Source: an uncultured archaeon (GTDB taxonomy: Archaea; Aenigmatarchaeota; Aenigmatarchaeia; CG10238-14; SCSR01). Taken from it: a stretch of DNA of 35,906 nt. The notes beneath the pieces are model-generated. The model was not told the DNA's origin and did no database searches. It was given only the letters and a program-made list of their open reading frames with translations. Positions 9,966 through 19,243 of this stretch are shown one piece after another. The DNA lies in contig CAYYVK010000003.1 of NCBI GenBank assembly GCA_964475145.1, forward strand, positions 1 to 35,906, read 5' to 3'. Both the position numbers and the translations under genes were made by a program. The first letter of the stretch is position 1, and each line of letters starts with the position of its first letter.

Positions 9966-10053
9966 GCCTCGGTCGTCTAGATCGAAAGAGGAAAATGGTC
10001 TAGGATACAGGTCTGTCACACCTGTGACACGGGTTCAAATCCCGTCCGAGGCG
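9966..10053 (+). tRNA. tRNA-Asp(GTC) with 15-nt D-loop intron (9981-9995, position 15/16)
   Basis: Acceptor GCCTCGG/CCGAGGC+G, anticodon arm CAGGT-CTGTCAC-ACCTG, T arm ACGGG-TTCAAAT-CCCGT. Removing 9981-9995 restores GTCTAGTGGTCTAGGAT. Confidence 0.9.
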
Positions 10054-10281
10054 TTACGGCACAACCTCAACATCTGCAATCGATCCCAACAAGCCATCCA
10101 GAGACTTAACTTAAAGTTAATTTTGCCATAAATTGTTTGAGGTTATAGAAAAAGAACATAAACCTTAACTTTCCGTAAAGTTTAAGAATTAAGAACTTCA
10201 TATATTTTTACACAAACCAGTAGTAAAAACCATCTGAAGAATGGTGATTTAACTCTGTAGAGTTCTGCCGGAGATGTTTGA

Positions 10282-10521
10282 ATGAAAGAATTAGACGTAA
10301 CTAAGCACGTATTAGTACCCAAACATGAAATAATTAGTGAGAGTGAAAAAGAAGAATTACTTAAAAAGTATGGAATAACCTTAAGACAACTCCCCAGAAT
10401 TTTGTTAAACGACCCTGCAATAAAACATTTAAACCCAAAAGTAGGGGATGTAGTCAAAATAATAAGGAAAAGTTCTACTGCTGGCGAGGCGGAATATTAT
10501 AGGGTTGTCGTGAAGGGGTGA
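10282..10521 (+). CDS. rpoH: RNA polymerase subunit H (Rpo5)
   Basis: HVLVPKHEII...QLPRILLNDP...GDVVKIIRKSSTAG...YYRVV. Confidence 0.97.
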   Translation: MKELDVTKHVLVPKHEIISESEKEELLKKYGITLRQLPRILLNDPAIKHLNPKVGDVVKIIRKSSTAGEAEYYRVVVKG

Positions 10522-10526
10522 TGTAA

Positions 10527-12023
10527 CTGAACGAGGTATTCCTAACCCTCCTAAACACATTCATAAGAGATAGAGGGCTCGTAAGGTTTCAAATAGAGTC
10601 TTATAATGATTTCATCACTCGTAGAATCCCAAAAGTTTTAAGCGACATAGGTGTTATAAAGCCTGAACTACCTGAGCTTGGCGATTTAAAGATAAAGCTA
10701 GGAGAATTTAAAGTAGAGCAACCTTCAGTAAAAGAGGCTGACGGAGCTGTAAGGCCTATTCTACCTATGGAAGCTAGAACAAGAAACTTGACCTACTCTT
10801 CACCAATGTACGTGGAAATGACTACTGTTCTAAATGGGATAGAAAGTAGGCCTGTGTTCGTCAATTTTGGGGATATACCAGTTATGGTCAAATCAAAGAT
10901 ATGTCCACTTTCAACCATGTCAAGAGAGCAACTAATAGAAGCTGGGGAAGATCCAGACGATCCTGGAGGCTACTTCATAATAAATGGGACTGAAAGGATT
11001 CTCGTTCTTGTTGAGGAAATTGCACCTAACAGGATTATAGCAGAAAAGGTTAGTTCTGGAAATGTTAGTGAAGTTGCAAGAGTACATTCGGAAAAGGATG
11101 GATACATTCAAAGGCATTTAATAGAAAGAAGGAAGGATGGGCTAATAACAATAAGCTTTGGTAATGTTGTAAAGCTTCCGTTAGTATTATTGCTAAAAGC
11201 ACTTGGGCTTGAAAGTGATAAAGATATAGTTACTGCTATATCTTTGGATGAAGAAGTTCAGGAAGAAGTTTACGCAAATTTGTACGAAGTAGAAGTAACT
11301 ACTAAAGAAGAAGCTATAGATGAGATAGGAAAACATGTTTTTAAAACAGCACCAAAAGAAGAGAGAATAGATAGAGCTAAAAAGTTAATAGACAGGTATT
11401 TATTGCCACACATAGGACAAAATCCGGAAAACAGGATGGAAAAGGCGATCTTCCTTGCTAAGGCTGCTGAAAAAGTTATAAAGCTTCATCTAAACAAGAT
11501 AGAGGAGGATGATATTGATCATTACTCTAACAAGAGACTGAGGCTAGCTGGCGATCTCTTAGAACTTCTACTCAGGTCTATACTTTTAGGGAAGTGGGGA
11601 TTAATAACAAGAGTCACCTACAATTACCAGAAGCTGACAAAAAGAGGTAGACTTCCTCCTTTACAGGCAATAGTAGAATCTAATGTTCTAACCAATCAAA
11701 TAGTCTCTGCTATGGCTATAGGTTCATGGGTTGGTGGAAGGACTGGTGTAAGTCAAAGATTAGAAAGGAGTAGTTACGTTAAAACTGTATCCCATATGAG
11801 AAATGTTCTTTCACCATTAACTTCAACACAAGAGCATTTTGCAGCAAGAGAATTACATCCCACGCACTGGGGCAGATTATGTACAAGTGAAACACCAGAA
11901 GGTGCAACCATTGGACTTAGAAAATATCTAGCGCTCATGGCTGATATAACTACTGGAATTACTGAAAAAGAAAGTAAGCTTCTCATGAATATTATACAAA
12001 AATCTGGTGCAAAGTTATGGTAA
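10527..12023 (+). CDS. rpoB2: RNA polymerase subunit B'' (Rpo2N), probable CTG start
   Basis: The frame is open upstream of ATG 10767 with the conserved N-terminus GLVRFQIESYNDFI...EADG...PMEAR. Also GGYFIINGTER, DHYSNKRLRLAG, ARELHPTHWGRLC. SD GGGGTGA lies before CTG 10527. Confidence 0.92.
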   Translation: MNEVFLTLLNTFIRDRGLVRFQIESYNDFITRRIPKVLSDIGVIKPELPELGDLKIKLGEFKVEQPSVKEADGAVRPILPMEARTRNLTYSSPMYVEMTTVLNGIESRPVFVNFGDIPVMVKSKICPLSTMSREQLIEAGEDPDDPGGYFIINGTERILVLVEEIAPNRIIAEKVSSGNVSEVARVHSEKDGYIQRHLIERRKDGLITISFGNVVKLPLVLLLKALGLESDKDIVTAISLDEEVQEEVYANLYEVEVTTKEEAIDEIGKHVFKTAPKEERIDRAKKLIDRYLLPHIGQNPENRMEKAIFLAKAAEKVIKLHLNKIEEDDIDHYSNKRLRLAGDLLELLLRSILLGKWGLITRVTYNYQKLTKRGRLPPLQAIVESNVLTNQIVSAMAIGSWVGGRTGVSQRLERSSYVKTVSHMRNVLSPLTSTQEHFAARELHPTHWGRLCTSETPEGATIGLRKYLALMADITTGITEKESKLLMNIIQKSGAKLW

Positions 12024-13807
12024 ACATATTTTTCGATGGAAAATATATTGGCACGACAGAAGAACCTGAAAAGCTAGTAAAGACTATTCTTGAGAAGAGA
12101 AGAACTGGGCAAATATCAAACCAAGTAAACGTTGCTTATTATCCGCACTTGAATGAAATAAGAATACTTGGTGATAGTGGAAGAGTAAGAAGACCACTAA
12201 TTGTTGTAGAAAATGGTAGGCCTAAGTTGCAAAAGGAGCATATAGAACAACTGAAAAAGGGAGAAATGACTTGGAACGATTTAATCAAAGAAGGTATTAT
12301 AGAATATTTGGATGCAGAAGAAGAGGAAAATGCATACATAGCTATTAAAGAAGAAGATCTCACACCTCAACATACACATTTAGAACTGGATCCTGCATTA
12401 ATTCTTGGATTATCCGCTTCGTTTATCCCTTACGCAGAGTTTAACAGGGGTGATAGAGTTAACTATGGTGCAAAGATGGTCGGACAATCTATAGGCATTT
12501 TTTCCACAAACTTTTTACAGAGAACTGACTCTAAGTCAAATATATTAATTTATCCTCAAAAACCGTTAGTCAAAACTCATGCTTATATTGCAACGAATTA
12601 CGAAAGCCACCCAGCAGGGACAAACGTGACAATCGCTCTTATTCCTTTCGAAGGATATAACATGGAAGATGCGCTAGTGTTTAACAAAGCATCGATAGAG
12701 CGTGGTTTGTTCTGGTCTTTTATGTACAGAACTTACGAGGCTGAACAAAAAAGATATACAAGTGGGCAAGAAGATGTTATAGGAATACCACAACCAGGAA
12801 TAAGAGGTTACAGTGGTGAAGACGCGTATAAGCACCTGCCAGAAGATGGAGTAGTAAACCCAGAAACTGCAATAAATTCTGATGAAATACTGATAGGAAG
12901 GGTATCGCCACTTCGTTTCTTGGGGAGTGCTGATCAATTCATAACAGGAATAGAAAACATAAGAGAAACATCAGTTAGGCTGAGACATGGAGATAGCGGA
13001 ATAGTGGACAGGGTTTTTATAACGGAAACTGCAGACGGGACTAAACTGATAAAAGTTGTTGTAAGAAGTTTGAAAAAGCCTGAAGTTGGCGATAAGTTTG
13101 CATCAAGGTACGGACAAAAAGGAGTAATAGGACTTATAGTACCTGCAGAGGACATGCCATTCACCAAAGATGGAATTATACCTGATATCTTGTTTAATCC
13201 ACACAGCATTCCATCCAGAATGACTGTTGGCCAGATTCTAGAGATTTTAGCAGGAAAGGTTGTTGCACTCTCTGGAGAATACGTATACTCGCCTCCTTTT
13301 AATCCAACTCCTGAGACTATTATAAGAGAAAAGTTAAAAGAGTATGGATACGAAGATAAAGAGGTTATGTACGATGGAAGAACCGGAAAAATGTTTGAGC
13401 ATAAAATACTTATAGGAAGTAGCTTCTACCAAAAGCTCGATCATCTCGTTTCCAACAAGATTCATGCACGCTCTCGTGGTCCAGTTGCACTTTTAACAAA
13501 GCAACCTACTGAAGGTAGGAGTAAAGAAGGTGGTTTGAGACTAGGTGAAATGGAGAAGGATGTTTTAATTGCACATGGGGCTGCTCTCACATTGAAAGAA
13601 AGGTTTGACTCTGATAAAACTGTAGTACCAATCTGTACAGAATGTGGGATGGCAGCCTCTTATAGTAGAGTAAAGAATAAGTATGTTTGTCCTCTGTGTG
13701 GTGAGAGTAAAATTGTAAACGTTGAGATGAGTTATGCTTTCAAGCTTATGCTTGACGAACTAAAGAGCATGCTGATATATCCAAAAATAATCGTGGAGGA
13801 AGTTTAA
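12017..13807 (+). CDS. rpoB1: RNA polymerase subunit B' (Rpo2C)
   Basis: GRVRRPL, EYLDAEEEE, GYNMEDA, GDKFASRYGQKG, HARSRGP, GGLRLGEME, C-terminal Cys4 zinc site. Confidence 0.97.
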   Translation: MVNIFFDGKYIGTTEEPEKLVKTILEKRRTGQISNQVNVAYYPHLNEIRILGDSGRVRRPLIVVENGRPKLQKEHIEQLKKGEMTWNDLIKEGIIEYLDAEEEENAYIAIKEEDLTPQHTHLELDPALILGLSASFIPYAEFNRGDRVNYGAKMVGQSIGIFSTNFLQRTDSKSNILIYPQKPLVKTHAYIATNYESHPAGTNVTIALIPFEGYNMEDALVFNKASIERGLFWSFMYRTYEAEQKRYTSGQEDVIGIPQPGIRGYSGEDAYKHLPEDGVVNPETAINSDEILIGRVSPLRFLGSADQFITGIENIRETSVRLRHGDSGIVDRVFITETADGTKLIKVVVRSLKKPEVGDKFASRYGQKGVIGLIVPAEDMPFTKDGIIPDILFNPHSIPSRMTVGQILEILAGKVVALSGEYVYSPPFNPTPETIIREKLKEYGYEDKEVMYDGRTGKMFEHKILIGSSFYQKLDHLVSNKIHARSRGPVALLTKQPTEGRSKEGGLRLGEMEKDVLIAHGAALTLKERFDSDKTVVPICTECGMAASYSRVKNKYVCPLCGESKIVNVEMSYAFKLMLDELKSMLIYPKIIVEEV

Positions 13808-16300
13808 ATGAAAGTAGATAGAATAGAGTTTAGTGTTTTAAGCCCTGAAATGATAAAAAGGATGGCTGTAGCTAAGATAACTAAGACTGAGCTCTACGAT
13901 GAAGAAGGTTATCCGATAGAAGGGGGGTTAATGGACCCAAGACTAGGCACTATAGATCCCGGAATAAGATGCAGGACTTGTGGCGGATCTATAGGAGAAT
14001 GTCAAGGTCATTTTGGATACCTAGAACTTGTAAAACCAGTTATACATGTTCATTACACAAAAATAATTTTCAGCCTTTTAAAAGTCTTTTGTAAAAAATG
14101 TGGGAGAATTCTTCTAGACGATAAAGAAATAGAGGAGGTTAAAAGCAAAAGGTTAACGTTAAAAGATGTAGTAAAGATTGTTAAAAGCAAATGTCCTCAC
14201 TGCAAAACAGAACAAGGTAAAATAAAATTCATTAAGCCTTACACTTATTTTGAAGATAATAATCAGCTTAACCCGCTTCAAATTAGAGAAAGGTTTGAAA
14301 AGATTGCTTCTGAAGATTTGGAATTAATAGGCATAAAAAATATAAGGCCAGAATGGTTCATAATAACATTGCTCCCGATATCACCGGTAACTGTCAGGCC
14401 CTCTATTACATTAGAGACAGGTGAAAGAAGCGAAGATGACTTAACTCACAAACTTGTAGATATAGTCAGAATAAATGATAGACTGAAAGAAAACATAGAA
14501 TTGGGAGCGCCTGAATTTATTATAGAAGACTTATGGGAACTTTTGCAGTATCATGTTTCTACTTATTTCGACAATGAGTTGGCTGGTGTACCTCCGGCCA
14601 GGCACAGGTCTGGTAGAATTTTAAAAACTCTTTCACAAAGGCTTAAAACAAAGGAAGGTAGGTTTAGGGGAAACTTGGCAGGAAAGAGGGTAAATTTCTC
14701 TGCAAGAACAGTAATCTCACCTGATCCTATGATAGATATAGACGAAGTTGGTGTTCCGTTAAGTATAGCAAAAGAACTGACCGTACCCATGAGAGTAAAC
14801 GAAAAGAATATAGAAGAAGCGAGAAAGCTTGTCTTAAACGGACCTGACGTATGGCCTGGAGCAAATTATATAATTAGACCTGATGGAAGAAGAAAGAAAA
14901 TTACTGAACAAAACAAAGAAGAGTTAGCAAAAGAACTTAACGTTGGATATGTGGTGGAAAGACACATAAAAGATGGGGATATAGCTCTTTTCAACAGACA
15001 GCCTAGTCTTCACAGAATGAGCATGATGGCGCATAGGGTAAGAGTCATGCCGTACAAAACTTTCAGGTTAAACTTATGTATAACTATACCTTATGGTGCT
15101 GACTTTGACGGAGACGAAATGAACTTACACATACCACAAACAGAAGAATCCCAAGTTGAGTCAGAAGAGCTAATGGCTGCAAAGAAACATTTAAGAAGTC
15201 CTAGGTTTTCTGGTCCTATAATAGGAGCTAAAATAGACCATTTAACTGGTCTTTATCTTTTAACAAAGAGTGAAAAAAGGTTTAAAAGGGAGGAATTTGT
15301 CCAACTTATTCGTTCTGTTGATCCTGATGTTGAAATACCAGAGAAATCCACCATGACTGGCAAAGAAATTTTCAGTATATTCTTACCAAAAGATTTTTCT
15401 ATAGAAACCAAGTCTGCTACAGGAGAAAAGGTTGTAATCAAGAATGGCAAGCTACTAGAAGGTGTTATAGACAGAACTGCAGTAGGCGCAGAAAGTGGTA
15501 AAATTTTGGATGAAATAGAGTTTCTTTATGGACCTTATGTAGCAAACAAGTTTTTATTCAACATTACAAAATTGGGAATAGAATATTTGACACAAATTGG
15601 CTTTTCTCTAAGTATTTCTGACTATGATCTTCCAAAAGAAGCTAAAGAGGAGATAAAAAAGATAATAGAGAAAACTAAAAAGGAGGTAAACGAAACTATA
15701 ATAAAATTCAACAAAGGAGAGATAAAGCATCTAATTGGAAGAACACCAAAAGAAAGCCTTGAACATTTCATAAAAATCCTAGTTAGGAATTGTTTGAACG
15801 ATGCAAGAAAAGTTTTAGAAAAGTATGCAGTAGAAAATTCTGTGTTTATAATGGCGAACAGTGGATCGAGAGGCAGTCTAGTAAACATAGTACAGACTTC
15901 TGCGCTTATTGGGCAAGAATCTATCATGGGTGAAAGAATGGATATAGGTTATTACAAAAGGGTATTCCCACACTTTAAGAGAGACGACATAAGCTTAGAA
16001 GCAAAAGGATTTGTAAGCTCTGGTTTTAAGGATGGTTTATCACCGTTTGAGTTTTTCTTCGATGCAATGAATAGTAGAGAATCTCTTATGGACAAATCGC
16101 TAAAAACAAGACACTCAGGATATATGGAAAGAAGACTCATAGGCGCCTTACAGGACCTTAAAGTTGAATATGACGGAACTGTTAGAGATAGTTCTGGAAA
16201 AATTATTCAATTTGCTTTTGGTGAAGATTCTTTAGATCCTTCTAAAACTGAAAAAGGTGGTATAAACGTTGAAAGAATCGCAGAAAGAATCTTTAGTTGA
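13808..16300 (+). CDS. rpoA1: RNA polymerase subunit A' (Rpo1N)
   Basis: [48 protein letters not shown]. Confidence 0.97.
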   Translation: MKVDRIEFSVLSPEMIKRMAVAKITKTELYDEEGYPIEGGLMDPRLGTIDPGIRCRTCGGSIGECQGHFGYLELVKPVIHVHYTKIIFSLLKVFCKKCGRILLDDKEIEEVKSKRLTLKDVVKIVKSKCPHCKTEQGKIKFIKPYTYFEDNNQLNPLQIRERFEKIASEDLELIGIKNIRPEWFIITLLPISPVTVRPSITLETGERSEDDLTHKLVDIVRINDRLKENIELGAPEFIIEDLWELLQYHVSTYFDNELAGVPPARHRSGRILKTLSQRLKTKEGRFRGNLAGKRVNFSARTVISPDPMIDIDEVGVPLSIAKELTVPMRVNEKNIEEARKLVLNGPDVWPGANYIIRPDGRRKKITEQNKEELAKELNVGYVVERHIKDGDIALFNRQPSLHRMSMMAHRVRVMPYKTFRLNLCITIPYGADFDGDEMNLHIPQTEESQVESEELMAAKKHLRSPRFSGPIIGAKIDHLTGLYLLTKSEKRFKREEFVQLIRSVDPDVEIPEKSTMTGKEIFSIFLPKDFSIETKSATGEKVVIKNGKLLEGVIDRTAVGAESGKILDEIEFLYGPYVANKFLFNITKLGIEYLTQIGFSLSISDYDLPKEAKEEIKKIIEKTKKEVNETIIKFNKGEIKHLIGRTPKESLEHFIKILVRNCLNDARKVLEKYAVENSVFIMANSGSRGSLVNIVQTSALIGQESIMGERMDIGYYKRVFPHFKRDDISLEAKGFVSSGFKDGLSPFEFFFDAMNSRESLMDKSLKTRHSGYMERRLIGALQDLKVEYDGTVRDSSGKIIQFAFGEDSLDPSKTEKGGINVERIAERIFS

Positions 16301-17399
16301 ATTACCAAAAATCGTATTAGAAAATATTGAAAAGGTTGCTCAGAAAAAAAGATTGACTAAAGAACAAAAAGAATTGTTAAGAAGAGAAGTTGAAAAGGTA
16401 TACATGAAACAGAAAGTAGAACCAGGAGAAGCTATAGGAATAATTGCCTCCCAAAGTATATCTGAACCAGCTACACAAATGACGATGAAGACATTTCACT
16501 TTGCTGGTGCTGCGGGAGTAAAAATTACACAAGGTCTTCCTCGTTTAATAGAAATCTTCGATGCTAAGCGTGAGCCAGAAACACCTATGATGACCATCTA
16601 TTTGAAGAAGGAATATAATAATGCAGAAAGCGCAGAAAAGTTTGCAGAAGAAATTATAGAAAGGAAAATTGTTAACATAGTTAAAAATGTTTCAATAAAT
16701 CTTAACGAAGGTATAATAGAAATAGAACTTTCTGACAGAAAAAGAGAAGGAACAGTAATAAAGAGTATAAGGGAGTCTTTGGAAAACGTAAACGTGAGAA
16801 CAAGAGGCGAAAAAATAGTAGTAGCCCCGAAAGAAGAGCTATCAATAAAAGATTTACAAAAACTAAGGAACGATATACTAAAAATTAAGATAAGTGGTAT
16901 CAGAGGGATTGAAAATGCTGTTGTTAGAATGGAAGGTAACGATTGGATAGTAACTACGATAGGAAGTAACCTTGCTGACATTTTGAAGTTAAAGGAAGTG
17001 GATGAGCAAAGAACTATAACAAACGATATCCATGAAACTGCTAAAGTACTTGGAATAGAAGCTGCTAGAAACTTGATAATAGAAGAGGCTACAAAAACAC
17101 TTCAAGAACAAGGGCTTGATGTGGATGTAAGGCATGTTATGCTCGTCAGCGATATAATGTGCTTCTCTGGAGAAGTAAGACCTATAGGAAGATACGGCGT
17201 TGCTGGAAGTAAAACTTCCATACTAGCCAGAGCTGCTTTTGAAGAAACGATAAAGCATTTGGTAAGAGCCAGCATAAGAAACGAGTCTGACAACCTCAGT
17301 GGTATTTTTGAGAATGTAATGATTGGGCAGGTCATTCCTTCTGGTACTGGTATGTTTGATTTGATTGCAAACTTTCCAGAAGAAAAGAAAGAAGAATGA
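16269..17399 (+). CDS. rpoA2: RNA polymerase subunit A'' (Rpo1C)
   Basis: [43 protein letters not shown]; TTG start is tentative. Confidence 0.96.
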   Translation: MKESQKESLVELPKIVLENIEKVAQKKRLTKEQKELLRREVEKVYMKQKVEPGEAIGIIASQSISEPATQMTMKTFHFAGAAGVKITQGLPRLIEIFDAKREPETPMMTIYLKKEYNNAESAEKFAEEIIERKIVNIVKNVSINLNEGIIEIELSDRKREGTVIKSIRESLENVNVRTRGEKIVVAPKEELSIKDLQKLRNDILKIKISGIRGIENAVVRMEGNDWIVTTIGSNLADILKLKEVDEQRTITNDIHETAKVLGIEAARNLIIEEATKTLQEQGLDVDVRHVMLVSDIMCFSGEVRPIGRYGVAGSKTSILARAAFEETIKHLVRASIRNESDNLSGIFENVMIGQVIPSGTGMFDLIANFPEEKKEE

Positions 17400-17453
17400 T
17401 AAGTATTTAAGCTAAAATATTTATTATTCTGATAAATTTTGAAGGTGTAAGAA

Positions 17454-17714
17454 ATGGTAACACAAGAAGAAATTAGGTCTGCAGTAAGTAAAGGAAACGT
17501 AATTATAGGCTATAGAGAATCTATAAAGTATTTAAAATCAAACACTCCTAAGTTGGTAGTAATAGCGAACAACATTCCTGAGCGAATGAGAAAGAACTTA
17601 GAAGATGTATCGAGTGTTTCAGGAGCAAGAGTAGAAGTGTTTGAAAAGGACAGCGTAAGCCTTGGTGTTATATGTGGTAAACCATTTCCTGTAAGCGTGT
17701 TAGTGATAAAATGA
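17454..17714 (+). CDS. rpl30e: 50S ribosomal protein L30e
   Basis: GNVIIGYRESIK...LVVIANN...LGVICGKPFPVSVL; conserved position after rpoA''. Confidence 0.93.
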   Translation: MVTQEEIRSAVSKGNVIIGYRESIKYLKSNTPKLVVIANNIPERMRKNLEDVSSVSGARVEVFEKDSVSLGVICGKPFPVSVLVIK

Positions 17715-18133
17715 CTATAGTGCTAGACAATAATACAATAAACCTTATAACATTCTTTGAAAATTTTACTGGTGTTACAGTAAAAGATTGTATAGTAGAT
17801 GAGGAGACAAATACTGTATATTTTCTGGTAGAAGAAGGAAAAATAGGTCTTGCTATAGGCAAGAATGGTTTTAACGTCAAAAATGTTGAGAAAGTTCTTA
17901 ATAAAAAAGTAAAATTGATAGAATTCTCTTCAGATGTTTGTAAGTTTATAAAAAACCTAATACCAAAAGCTAATGAGATAACCATCAAGAACGGTCAAGA
18001 AAAAAGAATCGTAGAGATAAAGGTTGGAAAAAATGAAAAACCTTCTGTGATTGGAAGAGATAAAAGAAAATTAAAAATTATGAAAGAAATATTAAGAAGG
18101 AACTACAAATTTGATGAACTGATCGTAAGGTGA
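17711..18133 (+). CDS. nusA: Archaeal NusA (KH domains)
   Basis: [26 protein letters not shown]; conserved position. Confidence 0.93.
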   Translation: MTIVLDNNTINLITFFENFTGVTVKDCIVDEETNTVYFLVEEGKIGLAIGKNGFNVKNVEKVLNKKVKLIEFSSDVCKFIKNLIPKANEITIKNGQEKRIVEIKVGKNEKPSVIGRDKRKLKIMKEILRRNYKFDELIVR

Positions 18134-18140
18134 CTTGTAC

Positions 18141-18563
18141 ATGCCAGGAGAGTTTAGCGCAAGGAAGTTGAAGAGAACGAGAAAAAAGTTTAGATGGAAA
18201 AGTATAGCCTACAAAAGAAGGATGTTGCAACTTTGGAAGAAAGACCCACTAGAAGGAGCACCACAAGCAAGAGGAATAGTAATCGATAAACGTGCGGTAG
18301 AGCAGAAAAAACCAGCTTCTGGTCTAACAAAAGCTGTCAGAGTTCAATTAATTAAAAACAATGTTCAAGTAACTGCTCATGTGCCAGGAGAAGGTGCTAT
18401 AGACCTGATAAACGAGCATGACGAAGTAATTATAGAAAAGGTTGGAGGAGGACAGGGAGGACCAAAAGGAAGTATGGTTGGTATAAAGTATAAAGTTGTT
18501 AAGGTTAACGGTGTTGCTCTAAGCGAAATTCTTGCAGGTAAGAAACAAAAACCAATTAGGTAA
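18141..18563 (+). CDS. rps12: 30S ribosomal protein S12 (uS12)
   Basis: GEFSARKL...[13 protein letters not shown]...VRVQLIKN...HDEV...KVVKVNG; SD AGGTGA before ATG 18141. Confidence 0.96.
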   Translation: MPGEFSARKLKRTRKKFRWKSIAYKRRMLQLWKKDPLEGAPQARGIVIDKRAVEQKKPASGLTKAVRVQLIKNNVQVTAHVPGEGAIDLINEHDEVIIEKVGGGQGGPKGSMVGIKYKVVKVNGVALSEILAGKKQKPIR

Positions 18564-18568
18564 GACTT

Positions 18569-19171
18569 ATGACGGAAATTAAACTTTTCAACAAATGGCC
18601 TGTAGACAATATAGAAGTTAAGGATCCTGGGCTAAAAAGATATATAAGCTTAAAGCCTGTAGTAATACCAAAGAGTGGGGGTAGACTAGCAAAACAACAA
18701 TTCCATAAGTCTAATGCTAACCTTGTTGAAAGGTTAATAGGCAAACTTATGGTTCCAGGGCATAGAGGTAAAAAACATACGATTAGCTCTGGTGATGTTG
18801 TAGGAAAATATATAACTGTTTATAAAATTGTAAAAAGGGCATTTGAAAAAATAGAAAAGGAAACTGGGATAAACCCAATAGAAGTTTTTGTCAGAGCTGT
18901 AGAAAATGCAGCATTAAGAGAGGAGATAGCAGCTTATCAAGTAGGCGGTATTATAGTAAGAAAAGCTGTTGTTGTTTCTCCTCAAAGAAGGGTTGATATA
19001 GCATTGAGAATGATTGCACAAGCAGCTTACAGAAAAGCTCATGGAAAAAAAGAAAACATTGTTGATGCGTTAGCGAACGAAATAATAGGCGCTTACAAAA
19101 ACGATAAAAGTAAGTCTGAAGCAATAGCAGAAAAAGAAAGAATAGAAAAAGAAGCAGAAGGTGCAAGATAA
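18569..19171 (+). CDS. rps7: 30S ribosomal protein S7 (uS7)
   Basis: KLFNKW, VKDPGL, NPIEVFVRAVENAALREE, SPQRRVD. Confidence 0.96.
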   Translation: MTEIKLFNKWPVDNIEVKDPGLKRYISLKPVVIPKSGGRLAKQQFHKSNANLVERLIGKLMVPGHRGKKHTISSGDVVGKYITVYKIVKRAFEKIEKETGINPIEVFVRAVENAALREEIAAYQVGGIIVRKAVVVSPQRRVDIALRMIAQAAYRKAHGKKENIVDALANEIIGAYKNDKSKSEAIAEKERIEKEAEGAR

Positions 19172-19243
19172 TCTCCACTTCTTCTTGTTGGTTAAAACAA
19201 TTAAATATTAAACGTACAAAATTTAGAAATACCAGTGTTAGAT

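Noticed and set aside
10063-10144. AACCTCAA...TTGAGGTT long-range inverted repeat after tRNA-Asp
   Set aside because: Only 8 bp with no supporting internal structure; could be chance.
10229-10245. CTGAAGA as a hammerhead ribozyme core or C/D-box element
   Set aside because: It is a closed hairpin loop with no following stem II-GAAA and no properly placed C box.
10527-13807. Split rpoB as a frameshift or novelty
   Set aside because: The B''/B' split at this position is a known feature of several archaeal lineages.
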